A DNA stretch of 64,000 nucleotides, from positions 137,580,001 through 137,644,000 of the forward strand of contig CM059431.1 in the NCBI GenBank assembly GCA_030390025.1, written 5' to 3'. Both the position numbers and the translations under genes were made by a program. The stretch's first letter is position 1, and every line of letters begins with the position of its first letter. This document shows, in pieces, positions 51,119-63,587 of the stretch. A model generated the notes under the pieces. The model was not told where the DNA came from, made no database searches, and worked only from the letters and a program-made list of their open reading frames with translations. The DNA comes from Squalus acanthias. Taxonomy: Eukaryota.

Positions 51119-51758
51119 TGTTCTACAGTTTCTTCAATGTTCAGTACAGAGTAATGATTGATTTTGTATTCACTTGAAAATACCCGGTAAAACTAAGATC
51201 GTAATTAACAATCATTGTTTAAATATTCCATTGTAGTTCCATTTTGTTCTGCTATTTTGAGTGTTTCAGCTTTAGACCTTTTTCTAGAGCTGTATTCAGT
51301 CGACATGATCGGTTTGGCACATGTTAATAGGAACTGTCTTGATACCTAAGGGCCATTCAGGTCCTGTGCCCACAGTAAGTGTGGTTTCAAAGGCTTTCAT
51401 TGAGAACTACCCAGTTCTTTCCCAGAAGCGGTCCCAGAGATAAGCCTGATATCGTGTTGGACAACGCATTATAATAAATTAGTCACATTCACTATTGCAG
51501 ATTAACAATGTTTCTTCACAGACCAGCTGAATGATTCCTACTTTAGTGTCATCACTTCTATGTATCATTAATGACTGTAACAAGATATTTGCAGAATATT
51601 TATATATTTAGAATGGATCAATAACCAGCCCATGATTAATTTTCTCAGCAGAATTATCAAAACCTAGTTAATCGCATCGCGGGGCAGAACCTATCCTTCT
51701 CATTCTCGGTGTGTGCCATTCACTCCGCTGCTCAATATATTAATTTTATTCGTTACAG

Positions 51759-53543
51759 AAAGTGACTGAGCTCGCGGAGAAGGGAAACCGGGCGGACAGT
51801 TCCAAACTTCTCCTAAATCTGGTGATGGAGAAAGGCTCTGGGGCCCAAAGGGATTGAAGGCGGACAAATCCCCAGGGCCTGATAACATGCATCCTAGGGT
51901 ACTGAAGGAGGTGGCCCTAGAGATAGCGGATGCACTAAGCATGATTTTTCAGAATTCATTAGACTCGGGAACAGTGCCCATGGATTGGAGGGTAGCTAAC
52001 GTTACCCCACTATTCAAAAAGGGGGGTAGGGAAAAAGCAGGTAATTACAGACCTGTAAGCCTTACATCAGTTGTGGGCAAAATGCTGGAGTCCATCATTA
52101 AGGATGAAATAGCCGAGCACTTAGCAAATGGGGGCAGGATAGGACAGAGTCAACATGGATTTACAAAGGGTAAATCGTGCTTGACTAATCTATTGGAATT
52201 TTTTGAGGGAGTAACTGGTAAAATAGATGGGGGAGAGCCAGTAGATGTGGTGTACCTGGACTTCCAAAAGGCCTTCGATAAGGTCCCACATAAAAGATTA
52301 GCATGGAAAATTGAAGCTCATGGGATAAAGGGGAAAGTATTGACGTGGATAGAGAACTGGCTGTCAGATAGAAAACAGAGAGTTGGAATAAACGGCTCAT
52401 TTTCTGAATGGCAGGCAGTAACAAGTGGGGTACCACAGGGATCTGTCCTGGGTCCCCAGCTGTTCACAATTTATATTAATGACCTGGATCAGGGAGTCGA
52501 ATGCAGCATTTCCAAATTTGCAGACGACACTAAACTAGGAGGGGGGGTGGGCTCAGAGGAGGAGACCAGGAAGCTCCAGAGCGATTTGGACAGACTGGGT
52601 GATTGGGCGGATAAATGGCAGATGCACTATAATGTGGACAAGTGCGAAGTTATCCACCTTGGGTGCAGGAACGGGAGGGCAAATTATTATTTAAATGGCA
52701 ATAAATTGGGAGAGGGGGAAGTACAGAGAGACCTGGGTGTTCTTGTACACCAGTCACTGAAGGCGAGCATGCAGGTGCAACAGGCGGTCAAGAAGGCAAA
52801 CGGTATGCTGGCCTTCATAGCAAAAGGGTTGGAATACAGGAACAGGGATACCTTGCTGCAGCTGTACAGGGCACTGGTGAGACCACACCTCGAGTACTGT
52901 GTACAGTTTTGGTCGCCTCATCTGAGGAAAGATGTTCTTGCCATGGAGGGGGTGCAGCGGCGATTCACCAGGCTGATACCAGGAATGGCGGGATTGACCT
53001 ATGAGGAGAGACTATGTAGTTTAGGGATGTACACACTGGAGTTTAGAAGATTGAGAGGGGACCTCATAGAAGTGTATAAAATTCTGACAGGTCTAGACAG
53101 ATTAGATGCAGAAGGAATGTTTCCCTTGGCGGGTGAGAACAGAACTAGAGGACATAATTTAAGGATAAGGGCTAAACCATTTAGGACAGAAATGAGGGGG
53201 AATTTCTTCACTCAGAGAGTGGTGAACCTGTGGAACTCATTGCCACAGAGGGCAGTGTACGCCAGCTCATTAAATATATTTAAGAGGGAATTAGATATAT
53301 TTCTACAGGCAAAAGGGGTTAAGGGTTACGGAGAGAAGGCGGGGACGGGATACTGAATTGAAGGATCAGCCATGATCTCATTAAATGGCGGAGCAGGCTC
53401 GAAGGGCCGGATGGCCTACTCCTGCTCCTATCTTCTATGTATCTATGTATCTATGTTGTATCTATGTGATGTGGAATTCCTTTGTGTATATGCGCCATGG
53501 GGTGCCAAAGTTGGAAAAATATTGAAAGAAATGGAGGAACTTG
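51759..53543 (+). pseudogene. NLR coding exon 3, split by a CR1 insertion (halves 51759-51851 and 53466-53543)
   Basis: ttacAG|KVTELAEKGNRADSSKLLLNLVMEKGSGAQR // VMWNSFVYMRHGVPKLE(K, -1 nt)ILKEMEEL|GTACGA. Confidence 0.85.
51847..53465 (+). mobile_element. Young 5'-truncated CR1 with intact 500-aa RT frame and (atctatgt)n tail
   Basis: ORF 51854-53356; near-identical to 31214-32626 on the minus strand. Confidence 0.96.
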
Positions 53544-53637
53544 GTACGATAAAATCACACTGAATTCAATTTCATATTTTAACAAGACTGTAATACTGAT
53601 TAAAACTGGTTTCATGAAATCTAATTGATCTGAACAG

Positions 53638-53703
53638 ATGCTGAAGAATTTGAAAACATAAATATCGCACAAGGTTTAACTGAAGTTGGCGAACATCTGA
53701 AAG
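53638..53703 (+). CDS. NLR coding exon 4 (66 nt, phase 1-1 linker)
   Basis: gaacAG|at gct gaa... DAEEFENINIAQGLTEVGEHLK g|GTAAAT. Confidence 0.75.
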
Positions 53704-53954
53704 GTAAATGACGAACTTGGCATTTTATACAATTTATTTTAATTCTGAACGTGTGACCATATCCCGTTTGTCTAAAGATTGATGGATAATCGGTATCAGA
53801 CGTTCATGGTGTTGGGTCAAAACAGCTGCATTGTTTGTCAATCCCCAAACGTACTGCGCGGATCGAAGTTCCATTGCACACTGTGTTCAGAGGTTTATTT
53901 AAATTTGCAGCTGTATTTTAACTCCCGTTACTGAAGATGTATATCATTTTCAGT

Positions 53955-56062
53955 TGCGAAACCCAATACACACCTGGCAGGATCCTGATACACTGGGAAA
54001 CCCCATACACACCTGGCAGGATCCAGATACATTGTGAAACGCCATGCAAGCCTGTCAGGATCCTGATACAACGTGTAAATCCATACACATCTGGCAGGAT
54101 CCTGATGCACTGTGAAACCCCATACACACCAGGCATGGCCTGCTACACTGTGAAACACCATACACACCTGGCAGGATCTTGATACACTGTGAAACCCCAT
54201 ACACACCTGGCAGGATCCTGATATACTGTGAAACCCCATACACACCAGGCATGGCCTGATACATTGTGAAACCCCATACACACCTGGCAGGATCCTGATA
54301 TACTGTGAAACCGCATACAAACCTGGCAGGATCCTGATACACTGTGAAACCCCATACACACCTGTCAGGATCCTGATACACTGTGAAACCCCATACATAT
54401 CAGGCAGGAATATGCGATAAGGTCCCGCATAAGAGATTAGCGGGTAAAGTTAAGGCACATGGGATTGGGGGCAAGGTATTGACTTGGATAGAGAACTGGT
54501 TGGCGGACAGAAAGCAGAGAGTAGGAATTAATGGGTCTTTTTTCCGAGTGGCAAGCAGTGACTAGTGGGGTACCGCAGGGATCGGTCCTTGGACCCCAGC
54601 TTTTCACAATATACATTAATGATCTAGATAAGGGAATTAAATGTAATATCTCCAAGTTTGCAGATGACACAAAGCAGGGTGGGAGTGTGTGCAGCGAGGA
54701 GGATACCGAGAAACTTCAGGATGATCTGGACAGGTTGGGTGAGTGGGCAGAAGCGTGGCAGATGCAATATAACGTGGATAAGTGCGAGGTTATCCACTTT
54801 GGTGTCAAAAACAGAAAGGCAGACTATTATCTGAATGGCAATAGATTGGGAGAAGGGGAAGGGCAACGAGACCTGGGTGTCCTTGTGCACCAGTCGCTGA
54901 AAGTAAGCATGCAGGTACAGCAGGTGGTGAAGAAGGCAAATGGTATGTTGGCCTTCATAGCGAAAAGGTTTGAGTATAGGAGCAGGGATGTCCTGCTGCA
55001 GTTGTACAGGGCCTTGGTGAGACCACACCTTGAGTACTGTGTGCAGTTTTGGTCGCCTTATCTGAGGAAGGATGTTCTTGCCATGGAAGGAGTTCAGCGA
55101 AGATTCACAAGGCTGATACCTGGGATGGCAGGAATGACATATGAGGAGAGATTGGGTCGATTGAGCTTATACTCACTGGAGTATAGAAGAATGAGAGGGG
55201 ATCTCATCGAAACATATAAAATTCTGACAGGTCTGGACAAACTAGATGCATGAAGAATGTTCCCGATGATCGGAGAGTCCAGAACCAGGGGTCATAATCT
55301 ACGGATAACGGGTAAACCATTTACGACAGAAATGAGGAAGAATTTCTTCAACCAGAGAGTGGTGAACCTGTGGAATTCTCTACCACAGAAGGAAGTTGAG
55401 GCGAAGTAATTAAATATATTCAAGGTTGAGTTAGATATATTTCTGAAAGCTAAAGGTATCAAGGGATATGGGGAGAAGGCAGGTACAGGGTACTGAGTTT
55501 AGATGATCAGCCATGATCTCATCGAATGGCGGAGCAGGCTCGAGGGGCCGAATGGCTTACTCCTGCTCCTATCTTCTATGTTTCTATGTTTCTATGAACC
55601 AGATACACTGTGGAAACCGACACACATCCTGGCAGGATCCTGGTATACTGTGAAACTCCATACACACCTGGCAGGATCCTGATACACTGTGAAACCCCAT
55701 ACACACCAGGCATGGCCTGATACATTGTGATACCCCATACATACCTGGAAGGATCCTGATACACTGTGAAACCCCATACACACCTGTCAGGATCCTGATA
55801 TACTCTGAAACCCCATACACACCAGGCATGGCCTGATACACTGTGAATCCCCATACACACCTGGCAGTATCCTGATACACTGTGAAACATCATACACACC
55901 TGGCAGGATCCTGATTGACTGTGAAACCTCATACCCACCAGGCAGAATCCTAATTTACTGTGAAACCCCATACACACCTGGCAGGATCCTGATACACTGT
56001 GAATCCCCATACATACCTGGCAGGATCCTGATACACTGTGGATGCCCATACTCACCGGCAGG
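53955..56062. repeat. 38/39-bp minisatellite split by a CR1
   Basis: Units gatacactgtgaaaccccatacacacctggcaggatcct and ...caccaggcatggcct at 53955-54409 and 55601-56062. Confidence 0.95.
54416..55596 (+). mobile_element. 5'-truncated CR1 with tail
   Basis: DKVPHKRLAGK...GVPQGSVLGP...; (tatgtttc)n tail. Confidence 0.93.
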
Positions 56063-58054
56063 TTACGAATACACAGCCATCATATGCCGCATAGACATTT
56101 TAACTTTCCACGTGGAAAACACTTACTTGAATCAAATTTGGGGATGGGAAGGGGGCACCTGTATTCCTGGAATTCTATAGTGGATAATCTATGGGGAACG
56201 AGGCTGGAAAAAGTAAAAATAAGTATTATTACTGCAAAGCACAGAAAGAGCCGTCTGCAATTGTTGCATGCTATATGAAAGATGCACGGATTAGCATATA
56301 ATCGGACATTTATTCAAGGTCAATTTTATGTGTGAGTGGCAGTGAAACAGACAGCGTGGGCACGGATAATAGTATTTAAGTCTGAAGTTTTGTTTTACCC
56401 AATTCACAGTCTATTTTAATTTCCAAAATTAAGTTTTACAAAGAAAGCTTCAAAACGACATTGAAATGAAAATCGAGCGAGGTGTAAAACGGGTTGTCGA
56501 ATCGTTATCGTCCGTTTTTCGTCCCGCGATTAAAGTAAAATGACTCCCAATTGTCTCTTGACCCTGTTTATATGGTCCTTTCATTGTCCTTCCCTGGTCG
56601 CTCCTTTGGTGAAAAATTCAATCAGGCTTTCCTTCATTGTCATGGCTTCGTTGTCTCAGTTTTATCCATTACCATGCGTTAATTTTGAGAATTCCGTTCC
56701 ATTTTTTTCAATACACCCTTGCAAAAGAAAGAAATCCAACTCCCTCGCCCTTTCCTCAGCCTAAATTTCAGATACATACTATATCTTTCTTATTTCCCTC
56801 TGTACAGAAAATGCAAATAACATTCTTGCTGCAATCAATGGCCTCTAATTGCACACAATACCCCAGATAACTAACCCAACACCCGATACAATAATAGTGT
56901 AATTTCTGAACATTCTCATTCTATACTTCACCCAGTACACATCATTCGCCAGTGTGCCTGCCCAAGGCCTGTACAGTAATGATGGAACTTCTGTACATTT
57001 ACCGTTTTTCCCTTTTCCAATGACACCCAATAATTTATTTTCTATTCCTTCAGAAAGTAATAACACAGGAGCGTTCCTAAGTTTATCCCTAGAGCAGAGT
57101 TGTTCAGTACATTAGCCACAAGCCACAAGTGGCAAATTTCATTCTGATTAATCAATAAAAAGTGAGACACGGTTTCTGCATGACTAATTTAAATCTTTCT
57201 GTGCAATGTTTGCAAAAGTGGTAAGATGAAAAGCAGACTATCAGGATATTTTGATCGTGGTGTAGGCTTTACGCCCGTGGGTACGTATAACTAAAATAGT
57301 TTCTAACATGGGCGAAAACGCCAGTCTAAAGCAACATGGAAAATCCATCTACATTGTATGGAGAGGTGAGCTGTCATCCTGGTCAGCTTAACCAATCGGA
57401 GTAACCGCTCCAGACAGCAGAGGAAAGCAAGGCCATCCAAGAACTAGGAACTCCACCAGGGCGCATTATGGTAAAGGAAAAGCAGCCTCGCATGGATGGA
57501 GAGCAAGACGGATCTGGTGGGTCTCGTTTTGCGAGACAGTATTCTGAGCAACTACTCTGCTGCAGTCAAAGCAGCGCTCGCAACTGCTGGTCAAATGCCT
57601 AGAAGCCGCAGTGATGTGTCTGAGAAATTGATGGCAGCATTTCAATGGTGCAAGTTTGATGAAAAGGAGAAGGAATGGCTTCAGATTTTGGGCGGTACTG
57701 TAAACTGGAGGATATCGAACTGATTGCCCATTGCACGAGCTCATTGGAATCGGACATGGTGTATAATGTGCGGCTCATTCTATGTCACACAATTTACACC
57801 ATCGCCCAAAGTTAAAATTGCCCCCAGAGACTGCAAAGCTTTGCAATGAATGGTTGTAGATGTTTGTTAAGTAAATATACAGGGGAAGCACATTTGTCTG
57901 TGTTGTGGCGTACGGCATTTGCTACTTAAAATAGTGCATGCGGCTAACACCAATGGATACTCAGCGATATTTATTTTGACAACACCGCACTAGAAGCAAA
58001 CATGCCATATAACCAGAATCGTGAGATGTCTATAGTTCATTTCAGGAGCTATAG

Positions 58055-60305
58055 TATCGATATAGCAGAAATATTGAATAATTATTTTGCTTCAGTATTT
58101 ACTAGAGAGAAGGGTCAGGGGTACATTACATCAGGAGACAATATTAGAACTTATATAACCGTTTATACAGTAAAAATAGGAGTACTGTGTACAGTTTTGT
58201 TCTCCTTATCTAAGAAAGGATAAACTTGCCTTGGAGCGGTTGCTAGATTGACTAGATTGATTCCTGGGCTCACAGGGCTTTCCTATAAGGAAAGATTGAG
58301 CAGAATAGGCCTGTGGTGTCTGATTGTTAGAAGAATGAGCGGTGATCTCAATGAAATGTATAACGTGTTTAGAGGGCTTGACAGGCAAGATGCTGAGAGG
58401 TTTTTCGCCCTGGCTGGAGTGTCTAGAACTCGGAGCATAGTCTCAGAATAAGGGATCGGCCATTTAAGACTGAAATGAGGAAAATTTCTTCATTAGAGAG
58501 TCAGGAATCATAGGAATTCTCTACCCCAATGGGCTGTAGATGCTCAGTCGCTTAGTATATTCAATGCTGAAATAGATAGATTTTTGGCACAAAGGGAATC
58601 AAGGGATATGTGGATAGGGCAGGAAAGTGGAGTTGATGTAGAAGTTCAGGCATGGTCGTAGTGAATGGTGGAACATGCTCGAGGGGCCGTATGCCCTACT
58701 CCTGCTCTTATCACGTATGTTTTTAAATTAATCTAACTCAAGGAGAATCAAACGCCTGGTCTGGACGAATTGCATTTGCGTATTATAAAATCTCTAGAGA
58801 TGAGATAGCTGAGGCAATATTATACATCCTTAATAATTCTTTAGAGAAAGTTGTAGTGCTAGAGCACTGGTGGATAACTAATGTTATATCTACATTGAAG
58901 AAGGGAGACAGAACATGTCCAGTGTACTATAGACCAGTCAACTTAACATCGCTTATCGGGAGGATAATGGAATCCCAACTAAAGTAGAAAATAGAATTTA
59001 GAAACCAAAAATATAATAAGGAACAACAGCCAGCATGGATTTCTAAATGGGAAGTCCTGCTTGACCAATCTCATTGAATTCTTTGAAAAGATAACAGCAA
59101 AAGTAGACGAGGTTAATGTAGTAGATGTAATTTATCTAGATTTCCAAAAGGCATTCGATAAGACACCACATAATAGACCAATGAATAAGGGCAGAGAATA
59201 CGGAGTCAAGGGATTAGTATCAGTATGGATAGCAAGCACCTGCAAGACGAAAACAAAGACTGTAGGTAAATGGTAGCTAAACAGAGTGGCAAAACGTGGG
59301 GTCCCACAAGGATCAGTGCTGGGCCCACAGTTGTTCACAAATTACATTTACGATTTAGACTTTAAAATAATAACACAATTTATAAGTTTGCGGAAGACGC
59401 CACATTTGGTGGGGGGAGGGTGAATATTAAATACTCAGGATGACTGCAATAACTTACAAGAAGATATTGATAAACTTACAGAATGGCCATATAATTGCCA
59501 AATGAATTTCAAAAGAGATTAGTGTGAGTTATTACATTTTGTTAAGAAAAATATGGAGGTCACATACTTCTTGGGCAATTAGAATCAAAATTGGGTAGAG
59601 GAGGACGGGAATCTGAGAAAAAAAATACACAAATCGTTATAAGTGTGGTCGCTGGCTATTAATGGTATTAAGAAGAAAACCAGTCCAGAGGGATAGAATT
59701 GAAAAGTTGACAAGTTATGCTAAACTTGCATCGAACATTGTTTTATCACACTTGGAGTACTGAGTACAGTTCCAGTCGCCATATTATAGAAATTATATAG
59801 AGGCATTTGAGAGGGTGCCAAAAAGAATTACAAGGCTGATACCAGAACTGTGAGGTTATACATATCAGGAAAGGATGAAGAGGCTGAGTGGCATTTATAT
59901 AGTAAAGAAAAGGCTCAGGTGTACCCTAATAGAGCTCTTTACAATTATGAAAGGTTTTGATAGCTTAGATAGAGAGTGAATGTTTCCACTTGTGGGAAAT
60001 AAAAAAAACTAGAGGTAATCATTATAAAGACATTTAATAGGGAATTCAGGAGCAATTTATTTACACAGACAACGGTGATTACGTGAAACTCGCTACCACA
60101 GGGAGTAGGTGAGGCGAATAGTATAGATGCATTTAGAGGTAAGCTAGGTAAGCATATGAGGGAGAAGGGAATATAGGATTATGCTACTAGAGCAAGATGT
60201 GGAAGGATGGGAAGAGGCTCGAGTGGAGCACAAACATCGGAATGGTCGAGATGGGCTGAATGGGCTGATTCTGTGCGTTATATTCTATGTAATTCGATAT
60301 AATTC
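58055..60305 (+). mobile_element. Old CR1 RT with a nested CR1 3' fragment (~58180-58720)
   Basis: LNNYFASVFT, YLDFQKAFDK, gtcccacaaggatcagtgctggg; tail tattctatgtaattcgat. Confidence 0.85.
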
Positions 60306-60665
60306 TGTGTATTAATCATCATAGGCAAATGTGACATTTTTTTCAAATCTTTATTTTAGCAAGTATTCAAATCAGGTGCGCAGTTGAAACATTTCTTAGT
60401 GATTATATAAATAAATATTGGAATGGAGTATAGTAGGCGGCTATTACGTTAGCGCCCATTTTACATCCTCACCCAGTTAAATGTACCCCAATGCACTCAA
60501 CCACATTGCGCATTCACTGTGTGGTAATGTTCTGCACTCGCCTCTATTGAATTTATGATTTAATTATTTCACAAATCTTCACTGGAACGCAACATATTAT
60601 TTAGAAGTCGTTTCATAAATATGTAACGAATACTGAAATCCACTTTCTGTATGTTCTAATTAAAG

Positions 60666-62438
60666 GTGTTCAACAGAAACACAAGGAAACACTCCGGGTA
60701 CAAACTGAAACACTGAGAGTGAACACTATCCTAATAAAGGAGAAGGTTAAGATTTTCCAGCTGGTTGATCGATACGCTGAGCTAACGGTCATTTCTACTG
60801 TTCGAGATCGAATACTTGTAGAACATGAACTGCTGGCAAGAGGTCGAGACCATGAAGAATGGAGAGAGAAACATCTCCGGAGAGAGCTGGAAAAAATCCG
60901 AACTGATCAATTGTTCCAGAGCAGTTTCTCCTGGATAGGCAGATTCCTCCTGAAAATGAAAGCTATCTTCTGGCGATCCAATTCTGGTAATTCAGCAGCA
61001 GTGAGCGGAGTCCCGGGAATTGGAAAAACAACAATGGTACAAAAGATTGTATATGACTGGGCCACTGGGAAAATATACCCACACTTCCAATTTGTTTTCA
61101 GCTTTAAATTCCGGGACTTGAACGCTATTACCTGTAGAATAAACCTGAGGAATCTGATACTGGATCTGTATCCTTACTTTGGGAATATTCTGCGAGAGCT
61201 CTGGAAGAACCCAGAGGGATTGCTGTTTATATTCGATGGTTTGGATGAATTCAAGGACAGGATCGATTTTTCTGACAATCGGAGAAATACAGAACCTCAG
61301 TCCATGTGCACAGATCCCGAATGCTGGTGTGAAGTGTCTGACATTGTGTACAGTTTAATACAGCACAAGCTGCTCCCAGGATGTTCAGTGCTAGTGACCA
61401 GCCGCCCCACTGCTTTACATTTATTGGAAAAGGCTCAGATCAGTGTCTGGGCTGAAATCCTGGGATTTGTTGGTGAAGAACGGAAGGAATATTTCAACAA
61501 ATTCTTTGAAGATCAGACGGTGGCAGCAGCTGTGTTCAAACACGTGGAGGAGAACGAGATCCTGTACACCATGAGTTACAACCCTTCCTACTGCTGGATC
61601 CTCGGTCTGGCACTGGGTCCCTTCTTTACACAAAGTGACAGGAAACAGCAGCGAGTTCCCAAGACCATCACCCAACTATATTCCTACTATATTTACAACA
61701 TTCTGAAAAACCATGGCAGAGAGATTGAAAGCCCCCGAGGTGTGTTACTGAAGCTTGGTGAGATGGCCTTCACAGGAGTCTCCGAGAAGAAGATTGTGTT
61801 TAGAAATGGAGATTTGATCAAGTACAATCTGCAACCTTCCCAGTTCCTGTCCGGGTTCATGATAGAACTTTTGGAGAGAGATGATTCTGCCCAGAATGTT
61901 GTGTACACCTTCCCGCACCTCACCATCCAAGAGTTGTAGCTGCACTCGCACAATTCCTGACTCCAGATACCGGGGACATCCTGAAACTCCTCAGTGAAGC
62001 CCACAGCAAGGAAGATGGCCGATTTGAAATATTTCTCCGTTTTGTTGCTGGTCTCTCCTCCCCACAGGCAGCTCGGCCCCTGGAGGAGTTTCTGGGTCCA
62101 TTTCTTCATCAAACCACCTGCCGAGTGATTGATTGGGTGAAGGAGAAGATTGAAGACCAGATTGGAAACACATCGAGTGAAACTGGTAAAAGGAACCTCC
62201 TGAACACATTCCACTATCTGTTTGAGTCTCAGAATGCAGCACTCGCTCGGGCCACAGTGGGATCTGTGAAGAAAATTAGATTTAGTGGATTGCGACTGAC
62301 CCCGATTGATTGTGCGGTCCTGTCTCATGTCATTGGACTCTGTGATACAATAAAAATGCTCGATCTCGGGATTTTTTCCATTCAGTGTGAAGGACTCCAG
62401 CGGCTGGGACCCGTACTGCACAAATGCCAGGAGTTGAG
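60666..62438 (+). pseudogene. NLR large NACHT exon (NACHT, HD1, WHD, HD2, first LRR) with a 1-bp deletion at ~61934
   Basis: Walker A GVPGIGKTT, Walker B LLFIFDGLDE, sensor VLVTSRP, WHD FPHLTIQE; after the shift VAALAQFL...FLRFVAGL...HYLFESQN...LTPIDCAVL; ag|GTAACT donor. Confidence 0.95.
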
Positions 62439-63268
62439 GTAACTGTTTATTTGTCTCTAACTGTTGGTCGAATTGTCGAACACTCACGGATTGTGTTGTT
62501 GCTCTGTAATGAAGGGAAACAAACAGTTCAGTTAAACCAGAGAGAAGCAGATTCAACACAAATATGACCAATACAAGAGGATCGGTTAGTAATTCCCTAA
62601 GGACTGGAGTATATAACATGTATGCTTGTGAACAATTAGGGATTTTACAGCCTTTATCGGATCAGCAAATACAGGTCACTGAGATTCTGATAATTTAATT
62701 AGACTAAATCAGATGTATTGCTATTTTTCACTACCTAAGATACCTCCATTGACTAGACTCGTTTTCATTATTACATGTACGTAATTGCAGCAGTCCTTGT
62801 GTCAGATCATCTCACGCTCTTCCCGAGGTGTAGGGGCAAGTGACAGTCACCGGAATGTCAACGCGTGTAGGAGAGGGGAGCAGAAACAGCAAATATTGAG
62901 TAACAAAGAGCAAAGCACAGCTTTCGGGCAGTGACCCGCCAGTGGGCGAGCGGAGCGTTCCCCGCAGGACGTCAGTATGTTATCTTAACTCCTCAATGAC
63001 ACCGCCCTGCACACTCTCCAATACATCCGTCATCTCTTCGCCCAGCTGGCAACAATCGCGCCTCTGTGTCAGAGGGTCGTGAATTCTGGCCCCACGCTCC
63101 GAATGCAGGCCAAAACTTCAGTGACATTTGGGAGCTAAAATCTCTGCTAAAAAGGTTCCAATCTAATGGGTTGTGGGGTATGAGTCCCGGAGTAAAGACA
63201 CACACCGGCCAGCGGTGGGGCCTCGCACACAGCGGGCGGCTGCTGGGTAAACCGGGGGCAGTGAACCC

Positions 63269-63421
63269 GGGAATTCCCCATAATCCGCCCCCTGTGTGTG
63301 AGGACCCGCTTGGGGAGGGAACTTCCGAAATTCCCCAAAATCTGTCGGGCCAGTTACAACTGAAATAAATGTAGAGCCAGTTTTTTGGGAAATAAAGTGA
63401 GAGACTCCCCTCCCCTATAAA
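63269..63421 (+). promoter_or_regulatory. Cluster of NF-kB-like sites, GC box and TATA-like motif in an NLR intron
   Basis: GGGAATTCCC 63269-63278, GGGAACTTCC 63317-63326, GAAATTCCCC 63327-63336, CCGCCC ~63285, TATAAA 63416-63421. Confidence 0.3.
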
Positions 63422-63587
63422 CTAGGAGCACAGGGAGATTTAACACTTGTAACGGGACAGAATAAACTCTCCTTGTTACATAAAATCCTGGGGGACATTA
63501 CAGCAGCAGTCAGCTTCGTTTCACAATATAACTCACAACGAGATATTATACAGATTAATATAATGCACAGAGTATAAAGTAAAGGGA

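Larger units (their letters stand above)
30059..62438 (+). pseudogene. NLR gene (CARD-like death fold - NACHT - start of LRR), NLRC3/NLRP-like, probably pseudogenised; remaining LRR exons lie beyond the window
   Basis: Five phase-compatible GT-AG exons (coding 30091-30154, 34537-34703, 51759-53543 split, 53638-53703, 60666-62438); three disabling lesions. Confidence 0.88.

Noticed and set aside
53918..56055. Repetitive ORFs (GVYGVSQCIRILP)n on the minus strand
   Set aside because: Translation of the 38/39-bp minisatellite; the frame shifts with each 38-bp unit
57240..57826. Possible TIR transposon with a 75-aa ORF
   Set aside because: The left end is too degenerate to pair confidently and the ORF has no recognisable transposase motif
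61693..62619. 308-aa minus-strand ORF
   Set aside because: Antisense shadow of the NACHT exon, no recognisable motifs
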